Made by a program: the position numbers and the translations under genes. Positions 17,727 to 26,779 of a stretch of DNA of 34,941 bases are shown one piece after another. Source of the DNA: an uncultured Bacilli bacterium (GTDB taxonomy: Bacteria > Bacillota_I > Bacilli_A > RF39 > UBA660); the NCBI GenBank assembly GCA_944364655.1, contig CALVWG010000039.1:1-34941 (forward strand). Direction: 5' to 3'. Under the pieces are notes generated by a model, which ran no database searches, was not told where the DNA came from, and saw only the letters and a program-made list of their open reading frames with translations. Within the stretch, counting starts at the first letter, position 1. Each line of letters starts with the position of its first letter.

Positions 17727-18653
17727 ATGGAATTATTAATTGCTATTTTAGTTATTGTTGTTATTATAATTTTACCTTGTGTTAAAATTGTTCCCCAATC
17801 TAAAGCTTATGTTATTGAAAGATTAGGTTCATTTTTAACTATTTGGCATAATGGCTTACATTTTAAATTACCATTTATTGACCGAATTAGTAATGTTGTT
17901 GTTTTAAAAGAAATGGTTAGAGATTTTGATCCTCAACCAGTAATTACTAAAGATAATGTTACAATGCAAATTGATACAGTTGTTTATTTTCAAATAACTG
18001 ATCCTAAACTATATACTTATGGAGTAGAGTATCCTATTAGTGCAATTGAATCATTAACTGCGACAACCTTAAGAAATATAATTGGAGAACTAGAATTAGA
18101 TCAAACTCTTACTTCAAGAGATATTATTAATAGCAAAATGCGTTCAATCTTAGATGAAGCAACCGATCCTTGGGGAATTAAAGTAAACAGAGTAGAAGTA
18201 AAAAACATTTTACCGCCTCGTGATATTCAAGATGCTATGGAAAAACAAATGCGCGCTGAAAGAGAAAGAAGAGAAAAAATCTTACAAGCCGAAGGAGAAA
18301 AAAAGTCTTCAATTTTAATTGCTGAAGGTGAAAAAGAAAGTGCAATTTTAAGAGCAGAAGCTGATAAAGAAGCTAGAATTAAAAGAGCCGAAGGTGAAGC
18401 TGATGCCTTATTAAAAATTAAAAATGCTGAAGCAGAAGGAATTCGATTATTAAAAGAAGCTAAAGCTGATGAAGCTGTTTTACAATTAAAATCTTATGAA
18501 ACGTTAAGTAAAATGGCTGATGGTCACGCAACAAAGATTTTGGTACCAGCTAATTTACAAAATATTGCTACTTTTGGGACAGTCTTAAAAGAAACAATTG
18601 GCATAGAAGATAAACCAAAACATCCTAAAATAGAGAAAGGTCCAAGAGAATAA
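17727..18653 (+). CDS. SPFH/band-7 (stomatin-like) protein
   Basis: VIERLG, QPVITKDNV, TTLRNIIG, WGIKVNRVE, AMEKQMRAERERR. Confidence 0.95.
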   Translation: MELLIAILVIVVIIILPCVKIVPQSKAYVIERLGSFLTIWHNGLHFKLPFIDRISNVVVLKEMVRDFDPQPVITKDNVTMQIDTVVYFQITDPKLYTYGVEYPISAIESLTATTLRNIIGELELDQTLTSRDIINSKMRSILDEATDPWGIKVNRVEVKNILPPRDIQDAMEKQMRAERERREKILQAEGEKKSSILIAEGEKESAILRAEADKEARIKRAEGEADALLKIKNAEAEGIRLLKEAKADEAVLQLKSYETLSKMADGHATKILVPANLQNIATFGTVLKETIGIEDKPKHPKIEKGPRE

Positions 18654-18671
18654 TTTCTCTTTTTTTCTTTA

Positions 18672-19379
18672 ATGAATTATATTTATGATTTGAGCGAAGC
18701 CGAAATAGATATTGTTTTAAATTCTTATAATAATATTATTTCAAAAACAACAGATTTCTTAAAAAGATTAGAAAATGAATCTATTTTTGAAGAATTCTTT
18801 TCAATTGTTTTTCTTCTTTTTGATGGCTTTTTAAGTAGTACTCATAATATTAAAAGAGATAATAATTATCATTTTGTTTCTTTTTCTAATAGCCCATATT
18901 ATTTATATCCATTAAATGGCATTGGGGTATGTCGTCATATAAATGAAATTTTGTATTTGCTGTTTACAAAACTTGGTTATAATTGTCAAAATGTTTTAAT
19001 TAATTTAAGTGAAAATAAAAGTGAAAAAAAGAAATCCAATAATCATATTATAACTTTAGTAGACTATCAAAATAGTTCTTTTGCTTTTGATTTAACAAAT
19101 TGGAATGTTTTAGCGGTCAATGATCTTTTAATTTTAAGTTGGAGAAAAGAATTACATTATTATTTTTCAAATATAGAGAAATTTAAAACCATCAAAGAAA
19201 ATAATTTGTCTTTTTTAACTAAAAGTTACAATAGTATTTTTATTAAATTAAAAAAACATATTTTAGAATTAGAACAATTTTATTTAGAAATTTTTAAAGA
19301 ATTACAAGCCATTGCCAAAATAATTGATAAATATGAAACTTATCAAAAGTTAAATATAAAAAATGTTTATAATTATTAA
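18672..19379 (+). CDS. Transglutaminase/papain-like Cys-His-Asp protein (paralog of 4364-5317)
   Basis: GIGVCRH (C87), NNHII (H125), FAFDLTN (D140). Confidence 0.65.
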   Translation: MNYIYDLSEAEIDIVLNSYNNIISKTTDFLKRLENESIFEEFFSIVFLLFDGFLSSTHNIKRDNNYHFVSFSNSPYYLYPLNGIGVCRHINEILYLLFTKLGYNCQNVLINLSENKSEKKKSNNHIITLVDYQNSSFAFDLTNWNVLAVNDLLILSWRKELHYYFSNIEKFKTIKENNLSFLTKSYNSIFIKLKKHILELEQFYLEIFKELQAIAKIIDKYETYQKLNIKNVYNY

Positions 19380-19392
19380 AGGAAGTGATAAA

Positions 19393-19866
19393 ATGCAAAT
19401 TTTTCATGAATTTCCACCGTTATATGATAGAAATTCTAAAATATTAATTTTAGGTTCAATTCCAAGCGTTAAATCAAGAGAAGTTGGCTTTTACTATATG
19501 CACCCTAAAAATCGATTTTGGAAAGTTTTAGAAAATATTTTTGAAGAAAAAATAACTAATAAAAAAGAATTTTGTTTAAAACATGGCATAGCTTTATGGG
19601 ATACTTGTGCTAGTTGTGAAATAAAATTTTCTTCAGACAGCTCAATTAAAAATGTTGTTCCAAATGATTTATCGACTATTTTAAGTGCTGCAAATATCAC
19701 ACAAATATTTACGACTGGCAAAAAAGCTCATCAAATATACCAAAAATATTTATATCCAAAATTTAAAATAAATGATATTTGCTTATCAAGTACATCACCA
19801 GCTAATGCCAAAAAAAGCTTAGAAGATTTAGTAAATGAGTACAAAATAATTTTAAAATATTTATAA
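19393..19866 (+). CDS. DNA-deoxyinosine glycosylase (UDG family 6, HDG-like)
   Basis: ILILGSIPSVKS, FYYMHPKNRFW, GIALWD, SSTSPANA. Start corrected to ATG 19393. Confidence 0.88.
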   Translation: MQIFHEFPPLYDRNSKILILGSIPSVKSREVGFYYMHPKNRFWKVLENIFEEKITNKKEFCLKHGIALWDTCASCEIKFSSDSSIKNVVPNDLSTILSAANITQIFTTGKKAHQIYQKYLYPKFKINDICLSSTSPANAKKSLEDLVNEYKIILKYL

Positions 19867-19907
19867 TTAGTAAAAAGTATTACTTAAAAGGCTGGTATAA
19901 CATATAC

Positions 19908-19937
19908 TTGCAATTTTAATGTAGTATGTGTTATAAT
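19908..19937 (+). promoter_or_regulatory. Sigma-A promoter for rplS
   Basis: TTGCAA, 18-bp spacer, TGt-TATAAT. Confidence 0.7.
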
Positions 19938-19954
19938 CAATATGCTTTTAAAAA

Positions 19955-19995
19955 GTGATGTATTATCCGCTTACTTTTGGTAATGATGATATGTA
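19955..19995 (+). promoter_or_regulatory. Putative L19 ribosomal protein leader
   Basis: Hairpin with internal CCGCT (TATTAT-CCGCT-TAC...GTA-ATGATGATA) in the rplS 5' UTR, resembling the Firmicute L19 leader. Confidence 0.5.
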
Positions 19996-20018
19996 AAAAA
20001 GTTAGAAAGGAATTGAAA

Positions 20019-20381
20019 ATGGCAAATTTAGTTGACAAAATTAATGCAAAACATATTCGTAAAGATATTCCTGAAATTCGTGTTGGGGATACAGTTAGAG
20101 TTGATGTTTGGGTAAAAGAAGGTAAAAAAGAACGTATCCAAGCTTTTGAAGGCTTAGTAGTAGCTAAAAAAGGTGGAAGTGTTTCTGAAACTATTTCTGT
20201 ACGTAAAAAATCTGGCGGAATTGGTGTTACACGTATTTTCCCAGTTAATACACCAACAATTGATAAAATAACTGTTGTTAGAAAAGGCTTAGTTCGTCGT
20301 GCTAAACTTAACTTTATTAAAGGAATGCGTAAAGAATATAAAGTTAAAGAAAGAAACGATTCTAATAAAGCAGCAGCTTAA
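20019..20381 (+). CDS. rplS: 50S ribosomal protein L19 (start corrected to ATG 20019)
   Basis: VGDTVRV, KERIQAFEG, VRRAKL. RBS GAAAGGA. Confidence 0.98.
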   Translation: MANLVDKINAKHIRKDIPEIRVGDTVRVDVWVKEGKKERIQAFEGLVVAKKGGSVSETISVRKKSGGIGVTRIFPVNTPTIDKITVVRKGLVRRAKLNFIKGMRKEYKVKERNDSNKAAA

Positions 20382-20382
20382 T

Positions 20383-20415
20383 AAAAACAAAGTGTTAAAA
20401 TGCACTTTGTTTTTT
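20383..20415 (+). terminator. Rho-independent terminator after rplS
   Basis: AAAAACAAAGTG-ttaaaatg-CACTTTGTTTTT. Confidence 0.8.
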
Positions 20416-20461
20416 AATTTCTAAATAGTAAAATAAATAAAATCATGATACAATTAAATAG

Positions 20462-20962
20462 GTGATTAGATTGAAATTTTTAAAAGAACTTATTCCATAT
20501 ATAGTAATATTAATTATTGTTATTTTAATTAGAAGCTTTTTAATAACGCCGATTAAAGTAAATGGTCAAAGTATGTATGATACTTTAACTGGTGATGAAA
20601 TAATGCTTTTATATAAAATAGGTGAAATTAAACGCTATGATATGGTGGTAGCGGATTTAATTGTAGATGGAAAAAAAGATGATACTTTAATAAAAAGAGT
20701 ATATGGTCTACCTGACGAAACAATCAAATGTGAAAATGGAAATATTTATATAAATGATCATAAAATAGATGATCCTTATGCAACTAATGAAACTGAGGAC
20801 TTTGAAGCAGTAACACTTGGAGAAGATGAATATTTTTTGTTAGGAGATAACAGAACAATTTCAATGGATAGTAGAATAATTGGCCCAGTTCATCGAAAAG
20901 ACATTGAAGGTCATACCAACTTAATAATTTGGCCTTTTAATAAATTTGGAGTAATAGAATAA
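20462..20962 (+). CDS. lepB: Signal peptidase I
   Basis: TM, VNGQSMYDTL (Ser), LIKRVYGLP (Lys), GDNRTISMDSR. rplS-lepB synteny. Confidence 0.95.
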   Translation: MIRLKFLKELIPYIVILIIVILIRSFLITPIKVNGQSMYDTLTGDEIMLLYKIGEIKRYDMVVADLIVDGKKDDTLIKRVYGLPDETIKCENGNIYINDHKIDDPYATNETEDFEAVTLGEDEYFLLGDNRTISMDSRIIGPVHRKDIEGHTNLIIWPFNKFGVIE

Positions 20963-21042
20963 AAAATAGATTATAAGAAAATCTTAAGAATTTAGATGGT
21001 TTAAAATATATATTTTTGCCAAAATGTAATTGGAGTGATGTT

Positions 21043-22014
21043 ATGGCATTATTTGAAAAATTTACAGACACAATTTTTTTAAAAAATGATAGTAATTTAG
21101 AAAACATTATAACAACTTTACAAACAATTTATGAAAAAAATCCATCAAATTATTTAATTGAAAAAGATTTAGCTCTTTTTAAAAGAGGCTATAATGGTGA
21201 AAAAGAAATAGAATATGAATTAAAAAATGCTAATATTGGGATGTTTGTTTTAAAAGATATTAATTTGCAGTATGAAGATTTAACTGCACAAATAGATTAT
21301 GTAGTTGTAACAACTGGAAAAGTTTACTTAATAGAATGCAAAAATATGGTTGGAAATATAAGAGTTAATGAACGAGGAGACTTTATAAGAGAAATATTTG
21401 ATAAAAAAGAAGGAATTTATTCACCTTTAAGACAAGCTGAAAGACATGTTGAGATATTAAAAAAAATATGGCTTTCTAGAAGCAATTTTATTAAGAAATT
21501 TTTTGCTGAAGAAAAATTTGATTATTGGTATGTACCCTTAGTTGTTTTTGCCGATTCTAAAAGTATTTTAAATACAAAATATGCTCCAAAATATATTTTA
21601 AATAAAGTTGTTAAATCAGATCAATTAGTTAATTACATTAAAAATGATTTAAAAAAAATAGACAAAAGTTTATTAAGTGGTAAAAAAAAGACAGAAGAGA
21701 TAGCTAAATCAATTTTAGCGTTACATACACCAATACAATATAATTTTAAAAAATATGAAACCATAAACAATAGTTTTTCTACAATTAGAAACAAATTAAT
21801 AGAATTTAGAAAAAACAAATCAAAAGAAAAAAATATTCCACTTTATTATATTTTTAGCAATGAAGAATTAGATAAAATAATTAAAACTATGCCAAAATCA
21901 ATAAATGAATTAGAACATCAAAATATATTGTCAAATATTAAATTAAGATGCCATGGCAAAGAAATAATCGATATTATTAATCAGAATTTAGGAGATTTAA
22001 ATGAATCTGAATGA
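21043..22014 (+). CDS. NERD nuclease-domain protein with C-terminal HRDC domain
   Basis: GYNGE, AQIDYVVV...YLIECKN, SPLRQAERH; HRDC LIEFR...EKNIPLYYIFSNEEL. Confidence 0.85.
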   Translation: MALFEKFTDTIFLKNDSNLENIITTLQTIYEKNPSNYLIEKDLALFKRGYNGEKEIEYELKNANIGMFVLKDINLQYEDLTAQIDYVVVTTGKVYLIECKNMVGNIRVNERGDFIREIFDKKEGIYSPLRQAERHVEILKKIWLSRSNFIKKFFAEEKFDYWYVPLVVFADSKSILNTKYAPKYILNKVVKSDQLVNYIKNDLKKIDKSLLSGKKKTEEIAKSILALHTPIQYNFKKYETINNSFSTIRNKLIEFRKNKSKEKNIPLYYIFSNEELDKIIKTMPKSINELEHQNILSNIKLRCHGKEIIDIINQNLGDLNESE

Positions 22015-22651
22015 ATTAAAAAAGAAATACGATACTTTACAAAATAAATTTGGCGATAAAAATTTAAATGCTATTTATTTTGGCGGCTGTGAAAATAACC
22101 CTGATTTTTGTTTTGTTTTTGTAAATCCAACTGGTCGAAGCATTGCCGCTGATAAAAATTGGCAAGGAATAAAAGCGCCTTGGCTAGGCATTAAAAACGT
22201 TTGGAATTTATTTTATGATCTTGGCTTTTTAAGTGAAAATATTTATAAAAAAATAAAAGAAACAAAATCATCTTCTTGGACAGTAAATCTGGCTAACCAA
22301 ATATATGAAGAATTAAATAAAAATAAGGTTTTTATTACTAATTTAGCTAAGTGTACGCAGATTGACGCAAGACCATTAAAAGATGAAATATATCAAAAAT
22401 ATTCGCCACTTTTTTTAGAAGAAATAAAAATAGTAAATCCTAAAATAATAATTTTATTTGGCAATCAAGTAAGTAGAGTTGTTTTAAATCAAAAAATTGC
22501 CGTTTCAAAATGTCGTAAACAATTTTTTAAAAAAGAATATAAAAATAAAACTTATAAATTTTATCCCGTCTATTATCCAGTAGGCAATGGAGGATTTAAC
22601 TATAAAAAAGTAATTGAAGATCTTAATTGGATTATTAAAGAAGAAAAATAA
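22001..22651 (+). CDS. Uracil-DNA glycosylase superfamily protein
   Basis: FVFVNPT, FITNLAKC, EEIKIVNPKIIILFG, YYPVG. Confidence 0.75.
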   Translation: MNLNELKKKYDTLQNKFGDKNLNAIYFGGCENNPDFCFVFVNPTGRSIAADKNWQGIKAPWLGIKNVWNLFYDLGFLSENIYKKIKETKSSSWTVNLANQIYEELNKNKVFITNLAKCTQIDARPLKDEIYQKYSPLFLEEIKIVNPKIIILFGNQVSRVVLNQKIAVSKCRKQFFKKEYKNKTYKFYPVYYPVGNGGFNYKKVIEDLNWIIKEEK

Positions 22652-22713
22652 CCTGTTTTTTAAAAAAATTATTTTGATTTTCTAAAATTATACTAATTAT
22701 AAGAGGTGAAAGT

Positions 22714-25092
22714 ATGATATTTTTAAAAATGACTCCTTTAGAAATAATTGATTATGCAAGGAAAAGTGAAGCAAATGATATTATTGATGCACTTAAAAGT
22801 GATATATCAGAAGAATTATTTAAATTGATTTTTTTTAATATAAAAGATGAAATTAAAGATAAGTTATTAGATGATGATTTAATTCTTTCTAAAATAATTT
22901 TAATGGTTAAAAATAATTCAAAAACCAAAGTATTAAAAAATTTTAGTAATAGTTTTATTTTACAATTATTATCCAAAGTTAATGAAAAAGATTTAGCTTT
23001 AATAGTAAATGCTTTACCGGAAGATAAATTGCAAAATATTATTGATTTTATAAATAAAATTTTAGAAAATAAAGAATCAAATTGTAATAAAGATGCTTTA
23101 TGTAAATTAAAAGAAAAATTAATTATGCTAAATTATAATTATGATTTATATATAAAATACGGTTTAAAAATGAAAACTGTTGTTGATGAAAATGTTTTAA
23201 TTATAGAAGGAAAATATAAATTTCCATACGATTTTTTATTAAAAATTAATGACAAAAGAATAAATAAACTTTTAGAAATTGCCAAATTAACAAATCCTGG
23301 AGAAAGTGATGCAATTATCTTTTTTTCAATAATAAAAATGTATTTAATATTTGGCTATGATAATGTATATAAAATTCTGCAAAACAAATTCACTTATAGA
23401 ACAGAAGCATCAATTATTAGATACGCAGAAGCAAATTTTGTGGATTTACGAAGACAATTTAGATTAGAAAATCAAGCATTATTTTATAGTTATGATTTAG
23501 CAACTAAAGCTTTTGAAGCACTAAAGAATAAAGACCTTGATTTCTTTAGACCTTATGTAAGAGAACAAGATGAGCAGTCATTTAAAAATTTTATCCAAAA
23601 TTTAGAAATAATTTTTCAAAAATTTTCAACTAACAAAAATGAAAAAATTCTTAGAAATATTTTTGAACAATTATTTAAAACTGAAATTATTGAAAGAGAA
23701 AAAAATTTAAAGGAAAGATATATAAAAAATATGCTTCAAAAATATAATTTAAATGCTAAGAGAAATCCAATTGGAATTGCAGAATTATATAGAATATTTG
23801 CAAATGTAAATATAAGTAGATTTAAACTGGATGATAGTGGAAAAATTATATTAGATAAAACTTTAAATCGTTTTTTACTCGGTAATGCTAAAACAGACAA
23901 TGATGCATTACTAAGATTAGTTTTTAACAAAGATGCTTTTGGATTGAATACTACTTTAGATGATGTTATAAATGATTTTTCTAAAATTAGCTACATGATT
24001 TATCATAACAAAAACTTATCTTTGAATTCAATTTTAGATGTAATAGATGTTTGTAAAGCTAAATCGTTTAATCTTCTACCAAATGAAAAAGGTATGACTT
24101 TAGATACTGTTTCTGAAATAATGAAATCGTTAAAGCATTGTACAGAAAGTAAAGAAGAATTGTTTAGAAGAGCTAGAAAACTTTATGTTGAAAGTCAAAG
24201 CAAAGTAGCTTCTTCAATTCCTTTAATTAATGGAATTTCAAAAAGTGATATTAAATATAATGTTATAAATTTTGATAATGCAGAATTGTTAACTTTAGGA
24301 ATTAATGCTGGTTGCTGCCTTAAAGTTGGTGGAAAAGGTGAAGAATTTTTAAATTATTTAATGAAAAGTCCACACGGTTATATTATAACTTTACAAGACG
24401 AAAATAATAATATATTTATTTGTCCTTTTATTCGAAATGGCAATGGCGTTTTTGGAAATGGATTAGATCCCGCACCTTATGATAGAAACTTAAGTGACAG
24501 ATTATTAGAAACCTTAAAAGAAATTGGTCAAAATATGATTTCAAAAAGTTATGATGATGAAAAAATAGAATTTGTGACAATAACTGATTTACATCTTGAA
24601 GAATTTTTAAAAGAAAAGAATCTTCCACGGTTTAAAGTTGATAAATATCTACCCCTTGACGCAGTTTTCTATTCAGATTACCATAAAAAGGATAAAATAA
24701 ATTATATTGTTGCGGCAATTTCATCAAATGTAGTACACAAAAGCTACGAACCAAAAAAATTATTTTATGAAGAACGCAAAGAGCCTTTCATTTTCGATTC
24801 TAGTAATAATGATAAAGAAAGAATTGAACAACTAATAAATTCAATAAATTATTCTTCTATTTCATTTCAGCATGATTTAACAGAAACGCAAAAAAATAGA
24901 CAAAGAAGAAACTATAAATATTTAAACGTTGCTGATTTTAATTTTATAATTGGAAATAAAGATTGGTTTATTGGAATAAAAGATTTTGAAACTATAAGTG
25001 TAGTTTTACCATATGATTTTAGAGCTAGAAATGAATATTTTAAGGCTCTAGAAGATATTAAAGAAAAATACAGTGAGCCAATGAGGAGGTAA
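22714..25092 (+). CDS. Large hypothetical protein (792 aa)
   Basis: Long ORF with RBS AAGAGGTG. Helical N-half; conserved-looking block LTLGINAGCCLKVGGKG...SPHG...RNGNGVFGN. Confidence 0.85.
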   Translation: MIFLKMTPLEIIDYARKSEANDIIDALKSDISEELFKLIFFNIKDEIKDKLLDDDLILSKIILMVKNNSKTKVLKNFSNSFILQLLSKVNEKDLALIVNALPEDKLQNIIDFINKILENKESNCNKDALCKLKEKLIMLNYNYDLYIKYGLKMKTVVDENVLIIEGKYKFPYDFLLKINDKRINKLLEIAKLTNPGESDAIIFFSIIKMYLIFGYDNVYKILQNKFTYRTEASIIRYAEANFVDLRRQFRLENQALFYSYDLATKAFEALKNKDLDFFRPYVREQDEQSFKNFIQNLEIIFQKFSTNKNEKILRNIFEQLFKTEIIEREKNLKERYIKNMLQKYNLNAKRNPIGIAELYRIFANVNISRFKLDDSGKIILDKTLNRFLLGNAKTDNDALLRLVFNKDAFGLNTTLDDVINDFSKISYMIYHNKNLSLNSILDVIDVCKAKSFNLLPNEKGMTLDTVSEIMKSLKHCTESKEELFRRARKLYVESQSKVASSIPLINGISKSDIKYNVINFDNAELLTLGINAGCCLKVGGKGEEFLNYLMKSPHGYIITLQDENNNIFICPFIRNGNGVFGNGLDPAPYDRNLSDRLLETLKEIGQNMISKSYDDEKIEFVTITDLHLEEFLKEKNLPRFKVDKYLPLDAVFYSDYHKKDKINYIVAAISSNVVHKSYEPKKLFYEERKEPFIFDSSNNDKERIEQLINSINYSSISFQHDLTETQKNRQRRNYKYLNVADFNFIIGNKDWFIGIKDFETISVVLPYDFRARNEYFKALEDIKEKYSEPMRR

Positions 25093-25093
25093 T

Positions 25094-25291
25094 ATGGAAC
25101 TAATAGGTATTATCAAAGAATTAATAAATAATTCTTATGGATTTATAGAAGCAGATAAAGTTATGTACTATTTTGACAGATCTGATTTGATTTATAATTT
25201 TGAATTACATGTGGGCTTAAAAGTTATTTTTAAACCAATGATTATTAATAAAATAAATAAGGCAATTTTAATAGAAAAGATAAATGGTTAG
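25094..25291 (+). CDS. Small cold-shock-like OB-fold protein
   Basis: GIIK...SYGFIE...YYFDRSDL...LHVGLKVIF resembles the CSD RNP1/RNP2 motifs. RBS GAGGAGG. Confidence 0.65.
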   Translation: MELIGIIKELINNSYGFIEADKVMYYFDRSDLIYNFELHVGLKVIFKPMIINKINKAILIEKING

Positions 25292-25604
25292 AATAATGCA
25301 AGAAAAAGTTTATGAAATAGTTAAACAAATACCATATGGTAAAGTATCAACTTATTCGCAAATAGCTGAAAAATTAGGTAACAAAAAATTAGCAAGGGTA
25401 GTTGGCAATATTCTTCATAATAATCCTGATGAAAAAAATATTTTTTGTTATAAAATTGTAAATAGTAAAGGATATCTTGCTAAAAACTATGCTTTTGGCG
25501 GAATTGAAAAACAAAAAAGAAGACTAGAAAGCGAAAACATAAAAGTAGTAAATAATAAAGTTGATTTGAAAATTTATTTATGGGAAAATGATGAGTGTAG
25601 GTGA
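25284..25604 (+). CDS. MGMT/Ada-like (Atl/Ogt) DNA alkyl-repair family protein with altered active-site motif
   Basis: VKQIPYGKVSTYSQIA, ARVVG, FCYKIVN (in place of PCHRVVN), QKRRLESE. Confidence 0.85.
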   Translation: MVRIMQEKVYEIVKQIPYGKVSTYSQIAEKLGNKKLARVVGNILHNNPDEKNIFCYKIVNSKGYLAKNYAFGGIEKQKRRLESENIKVVNNKVDLKIYLWENDECR

Positions 25605-25610
25605 ATAAAA

Positions 25611-26697
25611 ATGTTTGAATTAAAAAGTAAAACTTTAACAGAATATTATGGAAAAGTACCAAGAAACTACGATTTAAAATTTTTACATTATCAGATTGAC
25701 TTAGCGAATTTAAATCCTTTAGAATTAGAATTTTTAAGTAAAGATTTGGATAAAATTTTTGAACATATTGGCAAAAAATATTTTAAAATATACTTTTCAA
25801 ATTTAACAACATTAAAAAATGTCATGAAAAATACAGCAATTATCTCAAAATATCAAAAATTTATTTATGTAAAAATAAGAAGTGAAGGCGAATTTTTAGA
25901 ATTAAAAAATGATATAAAATGCTTAAATGTAAAAATAATTGTTGAATTAAAAGATTTAAATATTTTTTTAAACCATATTGATATTCCGTATGAATTAATT
26001 GTGCAAATAAATACAGTTAAAGAACTTCCACATCAAGCTTTAGAAAATTTAAGAAAAAGGTTTGATATTAAACAAATTTTAGTTGGGCAAATATGTTATT
26101 TATCCAATTATTTCTTACCTTTTCTTAAAAAAATGGCAAATGAATTTAATATTAATCCCAGCGATTATTTAGAAATAGAAAAAAACGTTTTAATATCTAA
26201 TGATTTTTATAGTATAGATGATTATAAAAGAGTATTAAAAGAATTAAAAAAGTTAATTTTAGAAACAACAGATAAAAATAGTGAATATAAAAATTTTCAA
26301 ATAGTATATGAAAAAAATTGCTAAAGAAATCTCTTATAATTGGGCTGGTTTAGAAAATGATACTTTAGAAAATCAAAATTTAATTGGTGGGTTATTTAGT
26401 AAAACCTGTGTTTGTGAAGGGTTTACTAAAATTTTACAACAAGCTTTAAGTTTAATTAATATTTCTTCTATTGTTGTAGGGGGAAACAGCCCAAAAGAAG
26501 ATGGTGGTCATTTATGGAATCAAGTAAAGATAGAAGGCAATTGGTATAATACTGATATAAGTAAAGATTCTTTATTAGTTCACAATCAAAAAGATTTTGA
26601 GAACTGTTTGGTAAGTGATCAATTTGCCTTTTTTACTAATTACCCCATAGCTAATGAGTGTCCAAATTCCTATGAAAATAATTTGAAATTAAAATAG
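25611..26697 (+). pseudogene. Transglutaminase-like protein split by a one-base frameshift in an A7 tract
   Basis: ORFs 25611-26324 and 26308-26697 join as ...FQIVYEKIAKEISYN... if one A of 26311-26317 is removed. The C-terminal part has CVCEGF, GHLWNQVKIEGNWYNTD. Confidence 0.75.
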
Positions 26698-26779
26698 ATT
26701 AAATATCTATTTTTTTAATTGCATTTGATAAATTGATTTGTTAGAATAATTTAGAAACAAAAGTGGGGGGAGTTAATTT

